From assembly GCF_009914755.1 (NCBI RefSeq), contig NC_060939.1: a stretch of 64,000 nt of DNA; one strand, given 5' to 3'. This document shows, one piece after another, positions 24,487 through 47,340 of the stretch (the first letter of the stretch is position 1; every line of letters starts with the position of its first letter). The notes under the pieces are model-generated. The model did no database searches and had not been told where the DNA came from. It worked only from the letters and a program-made list of their open reading frames with translations. The translations under genes and the position numbers were made by a program. This DNA is from the human T2T-CHM13v2.0 reference genome, Homo sapiens.

Positions 24487-25620
24487 ACAGTTATCTTAAA
24501 TATAAATTGTGTACATGTGTCAATTAAAATACAAGGAATATCAACCTGAACACGGAAACACGATACAAAAATACGTACGTTACTTATCTCAATTGATGCA
24601 GAAAGAGCATTTGCCAAAATATAGCACAGTTTTATGATAAAAACTTTCAGAAACCTAGAAATACAAGGAAACTTCCTGAACTTTATCAAGAGTATTTATC
24701 AAAAACAAACAGCTATGTCATGCTTAATGATGAAAGAATGAATGGTTTTCCCCTCAGGGTGGAAACAAGGCAGAGACACCTGCTCTCAACAATGCTATTT
24801 GACAGAGCACCGAAAGTTCTAGTCGGCACAATTGGGCAAGAAACAAGGCATACTGATTGAAAAAAAAGAGAAAGAAGGAAAGTGGCCTCTATTGCAGATT
24901 ACACGATTGTCTTTGTAAAGTCTCAGAGAAACTAAAAAAAGTCTTGTAGAAATAATATTTAGCAAGTTCACAGGATAAATGATCCATCCTCCAAAATTCA
25001 TCATATTTCTATGAACTAAAAATGAATGTGTGGAAACTGAATATACCTTTACAATTGCTCTAAAGAAAATACTTAGGCATAAATCTGACAAGACATGCAG
25101 AATCAAGATGGCAAAAATTACAAAATGTGCATGAATTGAGAGAAGAACTAAAATTCAAACATACCTTATTAATGGTTTGGAAGACTCACGATAGCAAATA
25201 TGTCAACTCTCTTCAAATTGATGGGTAGACTTAATGACAGTCATATCAAAACACCAGCTACATATTTTTATGCATATAGATAAACCTATTTTAAGTTTAT
25301 ATGAAAAGGCACATGATACTGGTGGAGAGATGGACACATAGGTCAGCAGAACAGAATGAAGAACTCAGAAATTGACACAAGTAAATATGCCCAACTCATT
25401 TCTCATTTTTGACAATGGTACAAAAGTAATTGAAAGAGAAAGAATAGTCTTTTTAACAAATGTTACTGGAGAAAATAAACACAGGCTCAAAATCTCAGTG
25501 TAAACCTTGCACTTTATACACTAATTAACTAGAAATGGTTTGCAAACTTAAATATAAAAGGTTGTACTATAAACCTTTTAGGAAAAGAGTTCTAAAGAAG
25601 TTATTGGGATCTAGGGCTAG
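24487..25620 (+). mobile_element. Old L1M ORF2 fragment
   Basis: atctcaattgatgcagaaagagcatttg..., tttagcaagttcacaggataaatgatc, gaactcagaaattgacacaag. Confidence 0.75.
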
Positions 25621-27534
25621 ATAAAAGTCCTTTGTTCTTATTTACATGTATCTTTTAATTTTTTTTTATTTTCAGTAAAAGATCAATGTGTACGTGTACT
25701 TATTCTAAAAAAGAAAAAATGTTCAATGTGCTCTTCCAGGTTAATAGACAAATCAAATAGACTCACCTTTCTTTATGAACCCATAGTGTATCAGTGATCC
25801 AGCCATTATTGTTTTCCTGAGAGGAAAATTCTCTTTATGCTCATCACACTTTTGGAGCATTGAACCAGAGGGCCTAACGTGAGGTGAACACGCTGCCAGT
25901 GGAGGTGAGCAGGAAGGAAATTTCCAAACCCAAGAACTGACAGAAACTGCTGGAGAGAGAAAGTTACTTGGGCAAGTCTAGAGACCAATTGCGTTGTGCC
26001 CTTCTCTGTAGAATAATAAAAACGGAGTATTCAAGAAAAAAAATAGGACAAGTGATACTAACCAAATGATGTTACAACACACCCATGTCTGTATGTGTAT
26101 ACAGACCTATGCACATATACACACATAGATATGTGTAATATGTGTGTATTTATAACTGAGGTTAAACTGTTAGGCAATAAGAATGCAGTCCTATTTTTCT
26201 ACCCTCTCTTTTCTAACATCTTTCAAACAGATGATGTTTTGTAAGATTTTCAATTATTTTCAATAATTAAAAAAATTTCAAACAGAACAAATATGCATGC
26301 TGAATTATTTCTCAATCCCCTGTTTTACATGTGGCTTTAAGTACGTGACCTGTTATATAGATATTTCAGCATCTTAGATGTTAAAGTAAACACATAGCTG
26401 CTCCTCATTTTTGGAAGGGTGTATTTACAATATATGTGTCTGATGCAAGTTGTATATTTAAATTACTTAAAAATACATCTTCTTTGGTAAGAGTTTTTAA
26501 AAATAAATTTGTGGCACATTAGAATGTTTTTAAGAAAAATTGCTTTTTAATTTGTATTATCTAAACTTCAGAATTTTACTCTGAAGTATTTCAAAACTTA
26601 CAAGAATATTCATATTTGATCTATAAAATAAGTAACTTAGATGGAATAATTTGAATTTGGAAATTTCTTTATACCACTAAATTTGAAGTATCAATGCCAC
26701 ATTTATTTTTACAAATTTTCCTTGAAACATTATATTGGCTACTGGAAAGAGCTAATACCCTTTATGAAAATATGATTTTAGTGATGCAACTTATATATGA
26801 GGTAGATTAGGAAGCTTTACTTCCTGTGCCCATTAACTAAGAAGATTTTATGAAACAATTTTTAACAGGGGCCACAGTCAGTACCGGGAGTGTGGTCAGG
26901 TGGTCAGGCACGCCTCCCTCCTCATTGGGCCCACCAGAAGATTTCAGGGTTCTAGGAGAAACATACCCAGGCATGCAGAGATTGTCACAAGGGAGGAAGG
27001 GCCAGGGTGGGGAACCCAGCACAGGGGGCCTGCCCTCACAGGGGAGTCGGACAAGGTTTTCTGAGGAAGCTGTGTCCAAGCCGAGATCCTTCCCGCTCCA
27101 TGTGCTCCAGCACAAGGCCTGCAGGAGGAGCCCTGTGAGCAAGGCCAACCTAGACCAGCCGGGTGGATTCCCTTGGCATTGAGGGGGAGCATGGCCTGAG
27201 GAGCTGAGCGCGGTCTCCGAAGGACGGCATCAGAGGAACTGTCACCGTTTCTATCATGAACACTTACAGTTTGACATCAGCATGGGAGTTGTGATTGGGT
27301 GATCTTGGGAAGGGTCTGTCAGCGGGTCGGGGGGTCGCTCTAAGTTGGACGCTGTCTGATAGAGGAGGCTTTTCTATTGTTCGGCATCTCATATCTCAAG
27401 GAATCTTATCTAGAAGAGGGCAGAGGGCCGCCAGGAGAAAGCCGCTGCTGGTAATGAGGAAGATGCTGCTCATTTTCACCAAGTGCAGTGCTAGGGATTT
27501 TAGCGGGTGGCAAAGTGACCTTGATATCTTTTCT

Positions 27535-27795
27535 CTGTGCAGGTCTCTGTTAGAGTCACTGTGAGTGTCTCTGTGGGGATCTCTGTGTTGGTTTTGAAGG
27601 GTCTCCGTGTGCGTCTCTGTCAGAGGTTTCTGTGGGGGGGTCCCTCTGGGGGGGTCTTCATGGGGGGGGTCTCAGTGTTGGGGTCTCTGGGGGTCACTGT
27701 GGGGAATCTCTGAAATCTCAATGAATGTGGGGTCTTTGTGGGAATCTTTGCGTGTTGGGGTCTACTGGGGGTCCCTGTGGGGTTCCTCTGCTGCA
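27535..27795. repeat. G-rich degenerate short tandem repeat (ctctgtgggg-type, ~12-14 bp)
   Basis: Recurring (g)tctctgtgggg / gggtccctgtgggg units. Confidence 0.6.
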
Positions 27796-29279
27796 GGTCA
27801 CAGGATCCTGGGTCCCATAGATGTTGGGCCCACACTGGAGCTGCCCAGGTCACCACCCCAGACAGGACTTGGCTCCAACAGTAGCCTGGACACCCAAAGT
27901 GACACCAGGGCGTGTTCGAAACAGGTCCCCGGTGTGGGTCCCGCCAGGCCTGGGTACAGACCTGACACCTTGTCCTCAGCCTCCGCAGCCCCTGCAGGTG
28001 CAGAGCTCTCCCTGGGCAGAAGGCCCCTGGGCAGAGCCCTCTGAGGAACTGGCTCCTGCCTGCCCTGCCCTTGCTCCTGCCTTCCCTGGGGATGGCCAGG
28101 AAGGACCCAGTACCAGGACGAAGGGAGTGCAGGACTGGGCCCTGTGGGGACTGTCCCTGCCAACCATGTGACCAGATTCTCTGAGCCCCAATGTGTCCCT
28201 TGCCAGCACCTGGGCCTGGAACCATAGATGTGCTTTGTAACCCAGGCCAGCCCTTGCCTTCTGGGTCCCCCTCCCCTGGCAGTGGCACTGACCACTTTTG
28301 CTTGTAATGGTCACCAGACTGCAAGGACCCTGGTTACAGCTGTGGGCAGCTTGTGGATCCTGCACTTGCAAACTTATGCTCGTCTTCCCTGATTCTTCTC
28401 CCACCTCTCACCCTGGGCCCCAAGGTCTCCTCCTGTGATTCCTGACCACAGAGTCCTTCCAGAGGGGCAGGCAGCAGCCCTAGGTGCCTCCTGAAACAGA
28501 CACCCCACACTAGTGGGCTGGGAGACTGCCCTGGAGAGTGAGGCAGGGGACACCAGACATGAACCCAGGGGTGTTATCAAGCCTGAGCCAAGTGCTGGAG
28601 GGGCCCAGGTCCATCCCAGATCCGGAACTCAGCAGTCAGGAAAGGGTCTGGGGAGGGTGTCATCTCTTCCCCACCAGGAGATCCCAGAAAGAGCAGTCCC
28701 CCCTCTGACCCAGGGCCAGCACAAGACACCCCCTACATTCCCAGGCTACTGTGAGGCAGGGAGGCTGCTGGGATCCATCACTCCTCCAGCCTGAGGGGAG
28801 CCTACCACCCCCCAGTCCGTGACGCCCCTGTAGACCCATCCCCTACAGCAGCACAGAAGTCGCCTTAGAACAGGGAATGCAGTGAGCCAGAGCCCGGGTG
28901 GGATCTCCGTAAGGTTTGCTGTCCTTACATATCCTGAAGGCTCTGGGTCATGATCCAGTTTGGAAACCAGACACAGTGTGGGGACAGGGAGAAAAGGGGG
29001 TCCTCCAGGTCCCTGTCAGCTTCCTCTAGGCCCAGCCATTCTGGAAGCCGCACTCAGGAGGAGCTGACACTGAGCCCTTGCCTGCAGCCTAGCATGGAAC
29101 AGACAGAAGCCACCACCTCTGCAGGGAAAACAGGTATATTGGGAACTTCTCCGTGGAAGTCAGGAACACATGGGGACTGTTGTCACCCACGCAGGACAGG
29201 TTTGTTGTGTAGGCGTCCAGTGTTATTTGGATAGAACCCCCTGTCTCCTCCAGGAGAGGTGTGGGAAGCCTGGTCTGGT

Positions 29280-35080
<5,801 letters not shown>

Positions 35081-35529
35081 TCACAGAGCTGGGGCCTCCT
35101 CCTCACCAAGGGCTCCTGGGGGCAGGGGAGGGGCAGTGGGAGGAGGAGGCTGAAGCGCAGCCCCTCCTTCAGGTCCCAGTTCCAGTCCCTCCACCCTCCT
35201 GGGTCCCCCAGATCTTTCCTTCCCACTCCAGTTGCTCACCCTGTCAGAGACAGCCCTGGGTCCATTTTCTATTCTGTTCCCTGGAACACAGATGTTACCT
35301 GGTTTTGTGGAGATCTCTGTGCCAGTCCCTCAATTTCCTGCATCTTTAAATCTAGACTTCTCCCTGGAGTTTCTGTTATTTCTCCAGTTTCTTGCTCTTA
35401 GGAACTCATTTGTTTGCAGTTCTAACTTTCCCCCTTAATATGTTCTTGCCCTGCATCAACTCAGACATAGAATTTACATTTTTTGTACTTATTGATCGTT
35501 GTGAATTTTGATTACAATTTTCATAGTTT

Positions 35530-36503
35530 TTTAAAAGTTTAATATTTATTTTTGTGGGCACACAGTAGGTGTATATGTTAATGGGGCACATGAGATACTT
35601 TCATACAGGCATGCAGTGTGTAATAATCACAGCATGGTAAATGGGGTGTCCATCACCTCAAGCCTTTTTCCTTTGTGTTACAAACCATCCAATTATACTC
35701 CTTATTTTTTAAATGAACAATTAAATTATTATTGACTATAGGCATTCTATTGCTGTCAAATACTACAAATACCCAGTTTTATTCATTCTTTCTAATTACC
35801 TTCTTTATCCATTAACCATCCCCGTCTCTCTCCCCCTGTGCCTTCCCAGCCTCTAGTAACCATCCTTCTACTCTGTATCTCCATGAGTTTGACTGTTTAA
35901 TTTTTAGCTCTCACAAGAGAGAACATGTGATGTTTGTTAGTCTTTCTTTGCCTGATTTCACTTAATGACCTCCAGTTCTATCCATGCTATTGCAAATGAT
36001 AGGCTCTCATTGTTTTTTTATGGCTGAAGAGCACTCCACTGCTTATATGTACCACCTTTTCTTTATCCTTTCATCTGTTGATGGACACTCACTAGGTTGA
36101 TTCCTAATCTTGGCTATTGTGAACAGTGCTAGAAGGAACATGGGAGTGCAAGTATCCCTTCAATATACTGATTTCCTTTCTTCTGGGTGTGTACCCAGCA
36201 GTGGGATTGCTGGATCATGCGGTAGCTCTAGTTTTAGTTTTTGAGGAACCTCCTAACTGTTCTCCTTAGAAGTTGTACTGACTCACATTTCCACCAACAG
36301 TGTATGAGGGTTCCCTTCACATCCTCGCCAGCATTTGCCATTGTCTGTCTTTTGGATGAAAGCCATTTTAACTGGGGCGAGATGAGATCTCCTTGTAGTT
36401 TTGATTACCTTTCTCTGATATCATTGATGTTGAGCACCTTTTCATATACCTGTTTGCCATTCATATGTCTTCTTTTGAGAAATGTCTGTTCACATCTTTT
36501 GTG
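35530..36503 (-). mobile_element. L1MA-type 3' region, antisense
   Basis: gtaggtgtatatgttaatggggcacatgagatac...; gtacccagcagtgggattgctggatc. Confidence 0.85.
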
Positions 36504-37797
36504 TATTTTTTATTATTTTATTTTAACTTCCGGGGTACATGTGCAGGATGTGCAGGTTTGTTACATAGGTAAATGTGTGCCATGGTGGTTTGCTGTACCT
36601 ATCAACCCATCACATAGGTATTAAGCCCCGTATGCATTAGTTATTTTTCCTGATGCTCTCTCCTGCTTCTGACAGGCCCCACAGTGTGTTGTTCCCCTAC
36701 CTGTGTGCATGTGTTCCCTTTGGTCAGCTCCCACTTATAAGTGAGAACGTGTGGTGTTTGGTTTTCTGTTCCTGTGTTAGTTTGCTGAGGATAATGGCTT
36801 CCAGCTTCATTCATGTCCCTGCAAAGGACATAATCTCATTCTTTTTTATGGCTGCATAATATTCCATGTTGTCTATGCACCACATTTTCTTTATCCAGTC
36901 TATCACTGATGGGCATTTGGGTTGATTCCATGTCTTTGCTTCTGTGAATAGTGCTGCAATGAATATATAAGTGCATTCATCTTTATAACAGAATAATTTA
37001 TATTCTTTGGGTACATACCCAGTAATGGGATTGCTGGGTCAAATAGTATTTCCCATTCTAAATCTTTGAGGAATCGCCACAATGTCTGCCACAATGGTTG
37101 AACTAATTTACATTCCTGCCAACAGTGTAAAATTGTTTCTATTTCTCCCCAACCTCACCAGCATCAGTTGTTTCTTGACTTTTTAATAATTGCCATTTTG
37201 ACTGGCATGTGATGGTATCTCATTGTGGTTTTGATTTCCATTTGTCTAACAATCAGTGATGTTGAGCTTTTTTCCTTATGTTTGTTGGCTGCATCTATGT
37301 CTTCTTTTGAGAAGTGTTTGTTCATGTCCTTTGCCCACTTTTTAATGGGGTCTTTTGTTTTCTTCTTGTAAATTTCCTTAAATTCCCTGTAGATTCTGGA
37401 TATTGGACCTTTGTCAGATGGATACATTGCAAAAATTTTCTCCCATTCTGTAGGTTGTCTGTTCACTCTGATGATAGTTTCTTTGCTGCGTGAAACTCTT
37501 TAGTTTAATTAGTTCCCATTTGTCAATTTTTGCTTTTATTACAATTGCTTTTGGCGATTTCAACATAAAATATATGCCCATGACTATGACCTGAATGGTA
37601 TTGCCTACATTTTTTTCTAGGGTTTTTATAGTTTTGGCTTTTACATTTAAGACTTTACTTTATCTTGAGTTAGTTTTTGTATAGGGTGTAAGGAAAAGAT
37701 CCAGTTTCAGTTTTCTGTGTATAGCTAGCCAGTTTTCACACCATTTATTAAATAGGAAATCCTTTCCCCATTGCTTGTTTTTGTCAGGTTTGTTGTC
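36504..37797 (-). mobile_element. L1PA-type 3' fragment, antisense
   Basis: ggggtacatgtgcaggatgtgcaggtttgttacataggt 3' end; ORF2 C-terminal peptide [12 protein letters not shown]...(37164-37466). Confidence 0.9.
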
Positions 37798-39216
37798 TTG
37801 CCTAGAGGTTACACACTGAATTACCATTTGGAGATCATCCATTCCCACCTGGTGTGGATCAAAGATAACAGGGGCCAACAGGAGAAAGTTTGAGCCTTGC
37901 CAGGTCAACACTGGTGCTGAACAAAGTGACTTGCGTCTGTTTTGCTACATGTATTTTGCTTTGGCTGGGATGGAAAATATTAATTTGATTCCCCATGCAG
38001 CCTGTTGAACAGCATCTTGCAAAATTGGGAAGCTTATGCCTATGGTTCCATCAAACAGAAAAGCATAATTTTATTTTGTAATGGAACTTGGCTCCCATAG
38101 CTATGTTACACTGAGCAAGGTCATCAAAGCTGCTCTGTTCTTCTGAAAGCTGCAGAGAAAGGGAACCCAGAAACCTGGTATGCTGGCGAAAAAAGGGTAA
38201 GAAATTCTTACCAACCAAGTTTCTCATATTTCTCTCTCTCTCCCTGTCTCTCTCCCTCCCTCTCCCTCTGTGTGTTTGTGTGTGTGCGTGTGAATGCAAA
38301 TGGTAAATATCACTGTTTGTCTTCTCTCCTCTGTTTTCTCTTTTCTACAAATAGAAAAAAGGATTTGTGAGACTAGTCTTAGGCTGTAGCAAATCTGGAG
38401 CACTTTGTGCTAAGAATTTATCTTTCTGCTTTGTTCTTTAATGGAGAGAGAGGTATCACAGGAGAGAAGGTGGGCTTAGGACCCCTATAAGCCTGCCTTT
38501 CAAGCCAGCCTGGCAGCTGGTCATTTACAAACTTTGCTGGGGGTCCCCAAGACCAGTGCCATATAAAGTTTCCATCTTTTCGTTTTATGCCCTTGAGAGC
38601 TTAACCTTGTGACCATGTGGGGATACTTTCTCTTGGTGTCTGCCATTCAGCGGACAGGAATTTGGGGATTCATGTCATAGCACTAAAAATTATCTTGAGC
38701 AGGTAGAAGCTTTTGCAAGGTCAAAATTGGCACCTCTAGGCTCCTTCTGGGAAGAGCAACAGAACCTGCTGAATGATGTAGCTCAATAACCAAGGCTTTT
38801 GTCTTTTGACAGTGGCTGCCCCAGGTTCAATTCTTGGCTTTGGGAATGATTCCCTTCTTGTTTGTTATTTGTGTAACTGCCATTTTTTGAGGGATTCCCC
38901 CCTTTCTATGGATAATTTCTGATTTCCTGTCTTGAATTTTCCTTTCTGTGAACTACCCTGGGGAAATTCTAACTCTTGTTTAAAAAAAACTACTTACCAT
39001 CTCTTTGAAACACATCATGAGTTCATGGTTAAGTTATAACCTTAGTTAAAACTTATTAATTTCATGTGAGAGGTTACCTGGTATAGAATTCAAAAGCCAG
39101 AAATGTGGGGTGTCCTCACTAGAGCCTGGTAATAAGGGATTTTGAAAGTTTTTTTTTTTTTTTTAAACAGCAGAGCTCTATGGTTAAAAGTGGCTTAATT
39201 AAAAATAGACATCCAG

Positions 39217-39367
39217 GGTTGGGTGGGGTAACCCTAGATATCTATTTTCATGCCTGTAATCCCAGTACTTCAGGAGGCCAAAGCAGGAGGATTGCTTCAG
39301 CAGGAGTTTGAGACAAGCCTGGAAAACATAGACCACATCTTAAAATTAAATAAATAAATAAATAAAA
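39217..39367 (+). mobile_element. Alu monomer (FLAM-like) with (taaa)n tail
   Basis: catgcctgtaatcccagtacttcaggaggcc...gagtttgagacaagcctgg. Confidence 0.75.
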
Positions 39368-40413
39368 GTACTCAAACTATATCTATTTAAAAGGCCTTTA
39401 TCTTTTCCTCTTCTAGATTCATGTCTTTCTGGAATAAGTTCTTTTCTTCTGAATTGATTTTCTCCATTTTTTCTTCTTGCCATGCTTAAAGCACACCTGA
39501 GAGAACCTAGATAAATTCTAACAGCCTGGGACTCATAGGGAAAAACAGAGGAGGCATCACAGACCCCATTCTGGGAAAAACCTCCATTTTCCTCATGAAA
39601 CCCCAGGAGCTGAAAGTTGATAGATCTCCCTCAAAATCTAAGTCTCGGTTCAATTTTCAATTTTACATTATGTTACCTGACTTTTTTTGTTTTTTTTTTT
39701 TACTTTTGGGTATATCAGAAATTGCTTCACATTATGGGAGAGCTTTTAGCCATGGTTTATAATAACCAGATAGGAAATACACTATAAGGGACTGCTAATG
39801 GCAATTAGGAGGAATACTTGGCTCCTTGCATGCTTGGATCAGAGAAGCACACTCTTGACCACCTAGAAGGTATGAAAACAACCCTATCCCCCACTGAGAG
39901 ATGAGAATCCCATGGGGGATGGGCTGATTACAAAATGGGCTGATTGGCTTTGGATTGTCTTGCAATAAAATGCAGGGTAGAAGCACTGCACTAGCTTCTT
40001 CTGTAGTATTTCCCTCTTTTTGGGGGGAATCCAGGATCCCATATAAAATGGCACCCTTAATTTGGGGGATCTGTTTTTGCCTTCCAGCTGTGCCTGCTTA
40101 TTAGGCCCTAGAAATTGCATGCTTTCCCAGCCCTATTTTTCAAAGGGCTCCAGCCTGAATCTAGTAATCCCACTAGGAAACTTAAGAACTGGCAAATGAA
40201 AAATCTTACAACTACTGGATCTTCTGTCTGTCTATGTATTTATATATGTTTTGTGTGTGATGTTTACATAAAAGCTCTAATTAATTGGTTTAAAGAAAAG
40301 TAGGCACTTAAGTCAAATATTTTGTCAGTAAAATTAAAACTAATGCCCTTTAGTTCACCTAACTTTAGTAATCTTTTGGTAATAAAGACAGATTAAAAAT
40401 TATTGATAAAATA

Positions 40414-40724
<311 letters not shown>

Positions 40725-41481
40725 TCAAAATTTAGACATTTGGTCTAAATTGGGTCTGATGTTAGGTTTGCTAAATGCTTTAAGATCATAAACTGCTTCT
40801 TTAACTTTTAAAAATTGTTCAATTTACCTAGCTTGGAGTCATTACTTTCTAGATAAGGCCCGGTGACATGTGAAATTAGCCCCCTAGCTGCTCAAAGAAG
40901 GTTAAAAAGAAAAGAGATTTTGTATAAGAAAGGATCTTGTATGGTAAATTTTTGTCCTAAAGTGAAATGACTGGTTGTTGAAATGACCGTTGTCCAAGCA
41001 TGTAATAGATGGTCTAAGCCATGAAAGGATTCATGAAAGGGAATTTATGCAAGAAACGTTGTACAATTTAAAGGTTATTAGGCTGCCTAAATGCTTCACA
41101 AACGCCACTGTGACTCTTAACTATACACTTACCTGCGTTACTGCTAGGTAAGTGCTGGGCATATGTGGAGATAGCCACATCCCATAGCTATGCTGGAAAA
41201 AGTCAGACTTGATCTGCACTTCTGTCCTTTGTCTGTCCTAAGCTCCACACTTGGTACATAATTAAAATGTCCTACTAACCAGGTTTTTCACCAAAAATAG
41301 AAGTTGCACAGAGTTAACAGTGTAACATGTATTGAGGCTACTGAAGAAACATTTCCACATTCAAGGCATGTAAGAAAAGTAGAATGTACTTTTGGTAAAA
41401 GATTATAAGAAGACCTGGGAATATGGATTTCTTTCCCAAGTTTAGAGGGTTATTGTTTTAAGTGAGACAGGAAAAGTCTAA

Positions 41482-41797
<316 letters not shown>

Positions 41798-44036
41798 TAA
41801 AGGTTTAAGCAAGTTGTGAAAAGTTTATAAAAAATTAATTGTAAAAGAGATTCTGTGTGTAAACATATTGGCTAAAGTTAAAGGGGTATTAGTCAATGTT
41901 TCCATAAGTTGAACATTGGAATAAAAGCATAACAGAGTTTTCTTAAAACATGGTTCTGCTCTGTAACAACAACAACTAAATTGTAAAGGGTTATAAAAGG
42001 TTTATAAGAACATTAACTTATGGTCAAACTAATTAAAACTGGATAGATTTATAAAATTTTAATAAAAACTAGCTTTAGCATTAAAGGTGCAATAATGCAA
42101 ACATGAAATTTGGTTTTCTCTTTTGAAAAAGATTCTTGTGTAATATTGAGAAGCAATGAAAAAATTTTGTTTGCCTTTTAAGGGAGGGGAGAGAGAAGTG
42201 ACCAATTCAGGGGACGGCTTCACTGGGTCTTGTAGTTTGAGAAGCTGAGTCTCTTTTCTATCAAACTAAAGGTTTTTTCCTTTTTAAAACTTTGTGAGTT
42301 ATCATTTTGGCTAAATAACTGACTTATGGTGACCTGGCATTCTATTTTGTGACATCCAGTGTTTTAAACCATATTTGACAAACCTGACAAGATCAAATTA
42401 GAAGTTAAACAAAAATAGGTCCCCTACAGTCCAAAAAGATATAATCTGCTTATTTAATGTATTAAAATCATGCAGAAAACATGGCCAAATATAAAATGAT
42501 GTTTAACTTTCTTTGGGTTATATTCATATAAATACGTTATTAGCATGTGTTTCAAAACTGTATAAGATTCTTATAAGTTTGATATGCCTTAGCATATGTT
42601 ATCAGTAATAATTATAATTGATACATTAAATTATTGTGTGCCACAGAGGTTAAAAATTTTCTTGTTTTATAATCAGCTATGAAACTTGGATGGGTGCTCT
42701 TGAATGCAAGTTTCTGATAGCTTTGGAGATTGCAACATTAGAATAAAGGAAAAAACGTTCAGGACTCTCATGGAGAGCTGACTTGTTCAGGAACATTAAG
42801 CAGAACAAGAGTTTACTGAATGGAATGAACTAATAGAAAACTGAACTAATCTTTTCCTTTTTTTTTTTTTGCTTAAAATGTGGCTGTTCCTTTTCATTTT
42901 TCAGAGAGCCAAGAAAACTTTTCTTTTGATTACAGCTTTTAACAACTGAGAAAAATATACTCCTGTGAACAAAATTTGGAGCATGTTTGTTTCTCTCTAC
43001 CTGATTTCTCAAGAATCTGGAAGCTATTTGCAAGTATTCTTAATTTATGGCAACATAATTATTTGCATAAGTGCAATAAGAATGTTTTCTTTTGCAACAG
43101 GACACAATTGGAGAAACTGTTTATTTTACTAAGGTTTTGACTGGGATGGCATGCTTTTGTTTAAGGAATCAAACTTGATTTACAAAGCCAATAAAAACCC
43201 CTAGGGTAAACTGGCCTCATACCTTGTCTACGCAGTCCCTGTACAGGGTTCCTAACGTATGGTAAGTAAAGAATGTCACTTTCCAAAAGGCCCCGGAATC
43301 TTAAGTTATCTTGGGATCTCAAGAAGAGGGGAATGTACCCAACTCATAGGCATTTGAGGGTACAAACCCATGGCTGGGATGGGCTTTAAAAAAAGTCTAT
43401 CTAAGACTCTTTATGCAGAGTTCCATCAAAGCCAACTTAAAAGGCCCATGTGAAAAATAATTATTCTTGCTGTGCTCTTTGCAAATAATCATGCCAAGTA
43501 TAATAAAATTAAAGTTTATTTCACAAACAAAATCGGTCCTATCAGGATTTGTTTTTAATAAAAATAAGAACTGAAGAGAGAAAAAATTGTTTCAAAAACT
43601 ACAGTACACCTGTTGTTAGTTGTTTTTGAGGATGTTTTTTTCTGCCATTTAGACTGAATCCTAAATTTTGGGAGGCTACAAGTGCTCAAACTAATGCTTT
43701 TAAGTCTTTACTTTTAAAACTGGGAATGGCACTCCTTGTTCCGGAACTCATTACTTACCTTATTGTACACTGTTTGTGTAAATGTCGTACTAAAACTGTA
43801 GATGAGAATACGAATGCCTTTGTCATGAAAGCCTTGGAAGCTCAGCCTGGCCTGCGTGAGTACACTCAAACAGCTCAGACAGCTGCAAAGCAGTTCCACT
43901 CCTCTCACCTTGGGGTCAACACCTACCCCACTATGCCCCCTGTCTGCAGGAAGAATCCAGAGTGATCGACGGCCTTTTCCCATCTTCATAGCCCACACCT
44001 TAAGAATAAGGTGCTATGAAACCCTAAGGGAGGGAT

Positions 44037-44764
<728 letters not shown>

Positions 44765-45204
44765 CTATTGTTACAAAGTCTTTTTGAGTTTCTATACAGC
44801 AGAACAATATTACAAGACAGAACCTTCAAAAACCACTTCATTGCAACTCTGAGTCCCTAAGGAAAAGAGAAAAAAATGTGGAAAAATCAAACGCTTTTTT
44901 AATGGCACAGAGGTCATTGTTTTCTTCTATAATTGCAACAGCAAAATCTAGATATCTGGGTATATATACATGTATATGTGTTTTTTACATTTTAGATAGC
45001 ATGCCATTCTCCATTTTATGAAAATTTCATATAGAATACATATATTTGAAATATGAACTGAAAAACATTAAGCATTAATAAAGAAAATAATGAACATCTC
45101 CTACTGGAATAACTTACCATTATTGTTTTTATATTTATCAACAGCTCTAGAACTTTAACATGGACATATATAAAAGTGACCACTTCCTTAGAATTCCATT
45201 TTGA

Positions 45205-46185
<981 letters not shown>

Positions 46186-47139
46186 GTGTGTTTGTGTTTT
46201 AATATGGTTTTTCTGTGTATAAAAGCTATACGTGTTCATCTTAGAAAATTTAGAAATGACAGAATTTGATTTTGCTTATTCTAAATCCCTTGGGATTATT
46301 TCCAGTATAGATGGCAGTGAGGAAGGAATAATTTCAGGACACTGGCTTTCTTCTTCCACAAGACCCCAGCTGGGCAAAGGGAACTGGATGGCCTTGGGCC
46401 TGTGGCCCCAGTGCACCCTCCTCTGGGGCCTGTACCTGGCTCTGGATAGTAATCCCCACTGCAGAATGGAAGAGGCTGCTCCCACATAAGCCATTGAGTC
46501 CAGACTCCAGAAACCTGGGTCCGTGCAGTACTCAAAAAGGAAAGTACCGACCACCCAGACCAGAGCTGGCAAGAAGGCGAAATGGGATTGATTCATTCAT
46601 TCAACAAATACTCGCTGAGCTCCAGCCGAATGCTAGGCACCATGTTCAGGATATAGATGATTGATGTAATCCCTGGCCTTGGCAGTTTGGGGTAAAGAGC
46701 TATCATCACTGCTGACTTCATAACAATCACATGCCTTCAGAGATAAAGTGAACACTCACTTCTAACAAAGCAAAAATAAGAAGAAAAAGAAATGCACACT
46801 CCCGATTTCTTTGTCCAAAGTGGTATGACTGGGTGATTTGTGACCTTCCCATTTGCATGCCCGATTGCCAAAAAGCATGGCAATTACCCCACACACCTTT
46901 ACTCATCCCAAACTAACTATGCTGAAAACACTGCACAATGGAGATTTCCTTTATGCCTGCTCAGGCCTAACAGTTCCATATTCACTGGCCTGGCTGTCTT
47001 CTCCAAGCTGAAAGAGGCAGAGCCATTACCAGTATTTTTCTTGGAAGGGCAGGAAGTAAAAACACATCTGAGTAACACTCAAGAAAGTATTGTTTATGTC
47101 CAAGATGATGAATTAATCTTTTTTTATTCTCTCTTTCTC

Positions 47140-47340
47140 TTTTTTTTTTTTTTGAGACAGTCTTTCTCTGGCACCCAGGTTGGAGTGCAGTGGCATGATC
47201 ACAGCTCACTACATCCTTGACCTCCCAAGTTCAAGCCATCCTCCATCAGTCTCCAGAGTTGCTGGGACTACAGGTGCACCTTGCCTGGATAAATTTTTTA
47301 TTCTTTGTAGAAATGGGGGCTCACTATATTGCCCAGGCTG
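47140..47340 (-). mobile_element. Old Alu fragment (J/FRAM-like)
   Basis: polyT then gagacagtct...ggagtgcagtggcatgatcacagctcact. Confidence 0.85.

Noticed and set aside
27607-28794. ORFs of 116-234 aa downstream of the SPATA31E stop
   Set aside because: GC-rich, overlapping on both strands, no family similarity I can recognise.
37164-37911. L1 ORF2-like peptides
   Set aside because: Short fragments of a truncated, mutated L1; not an active element.
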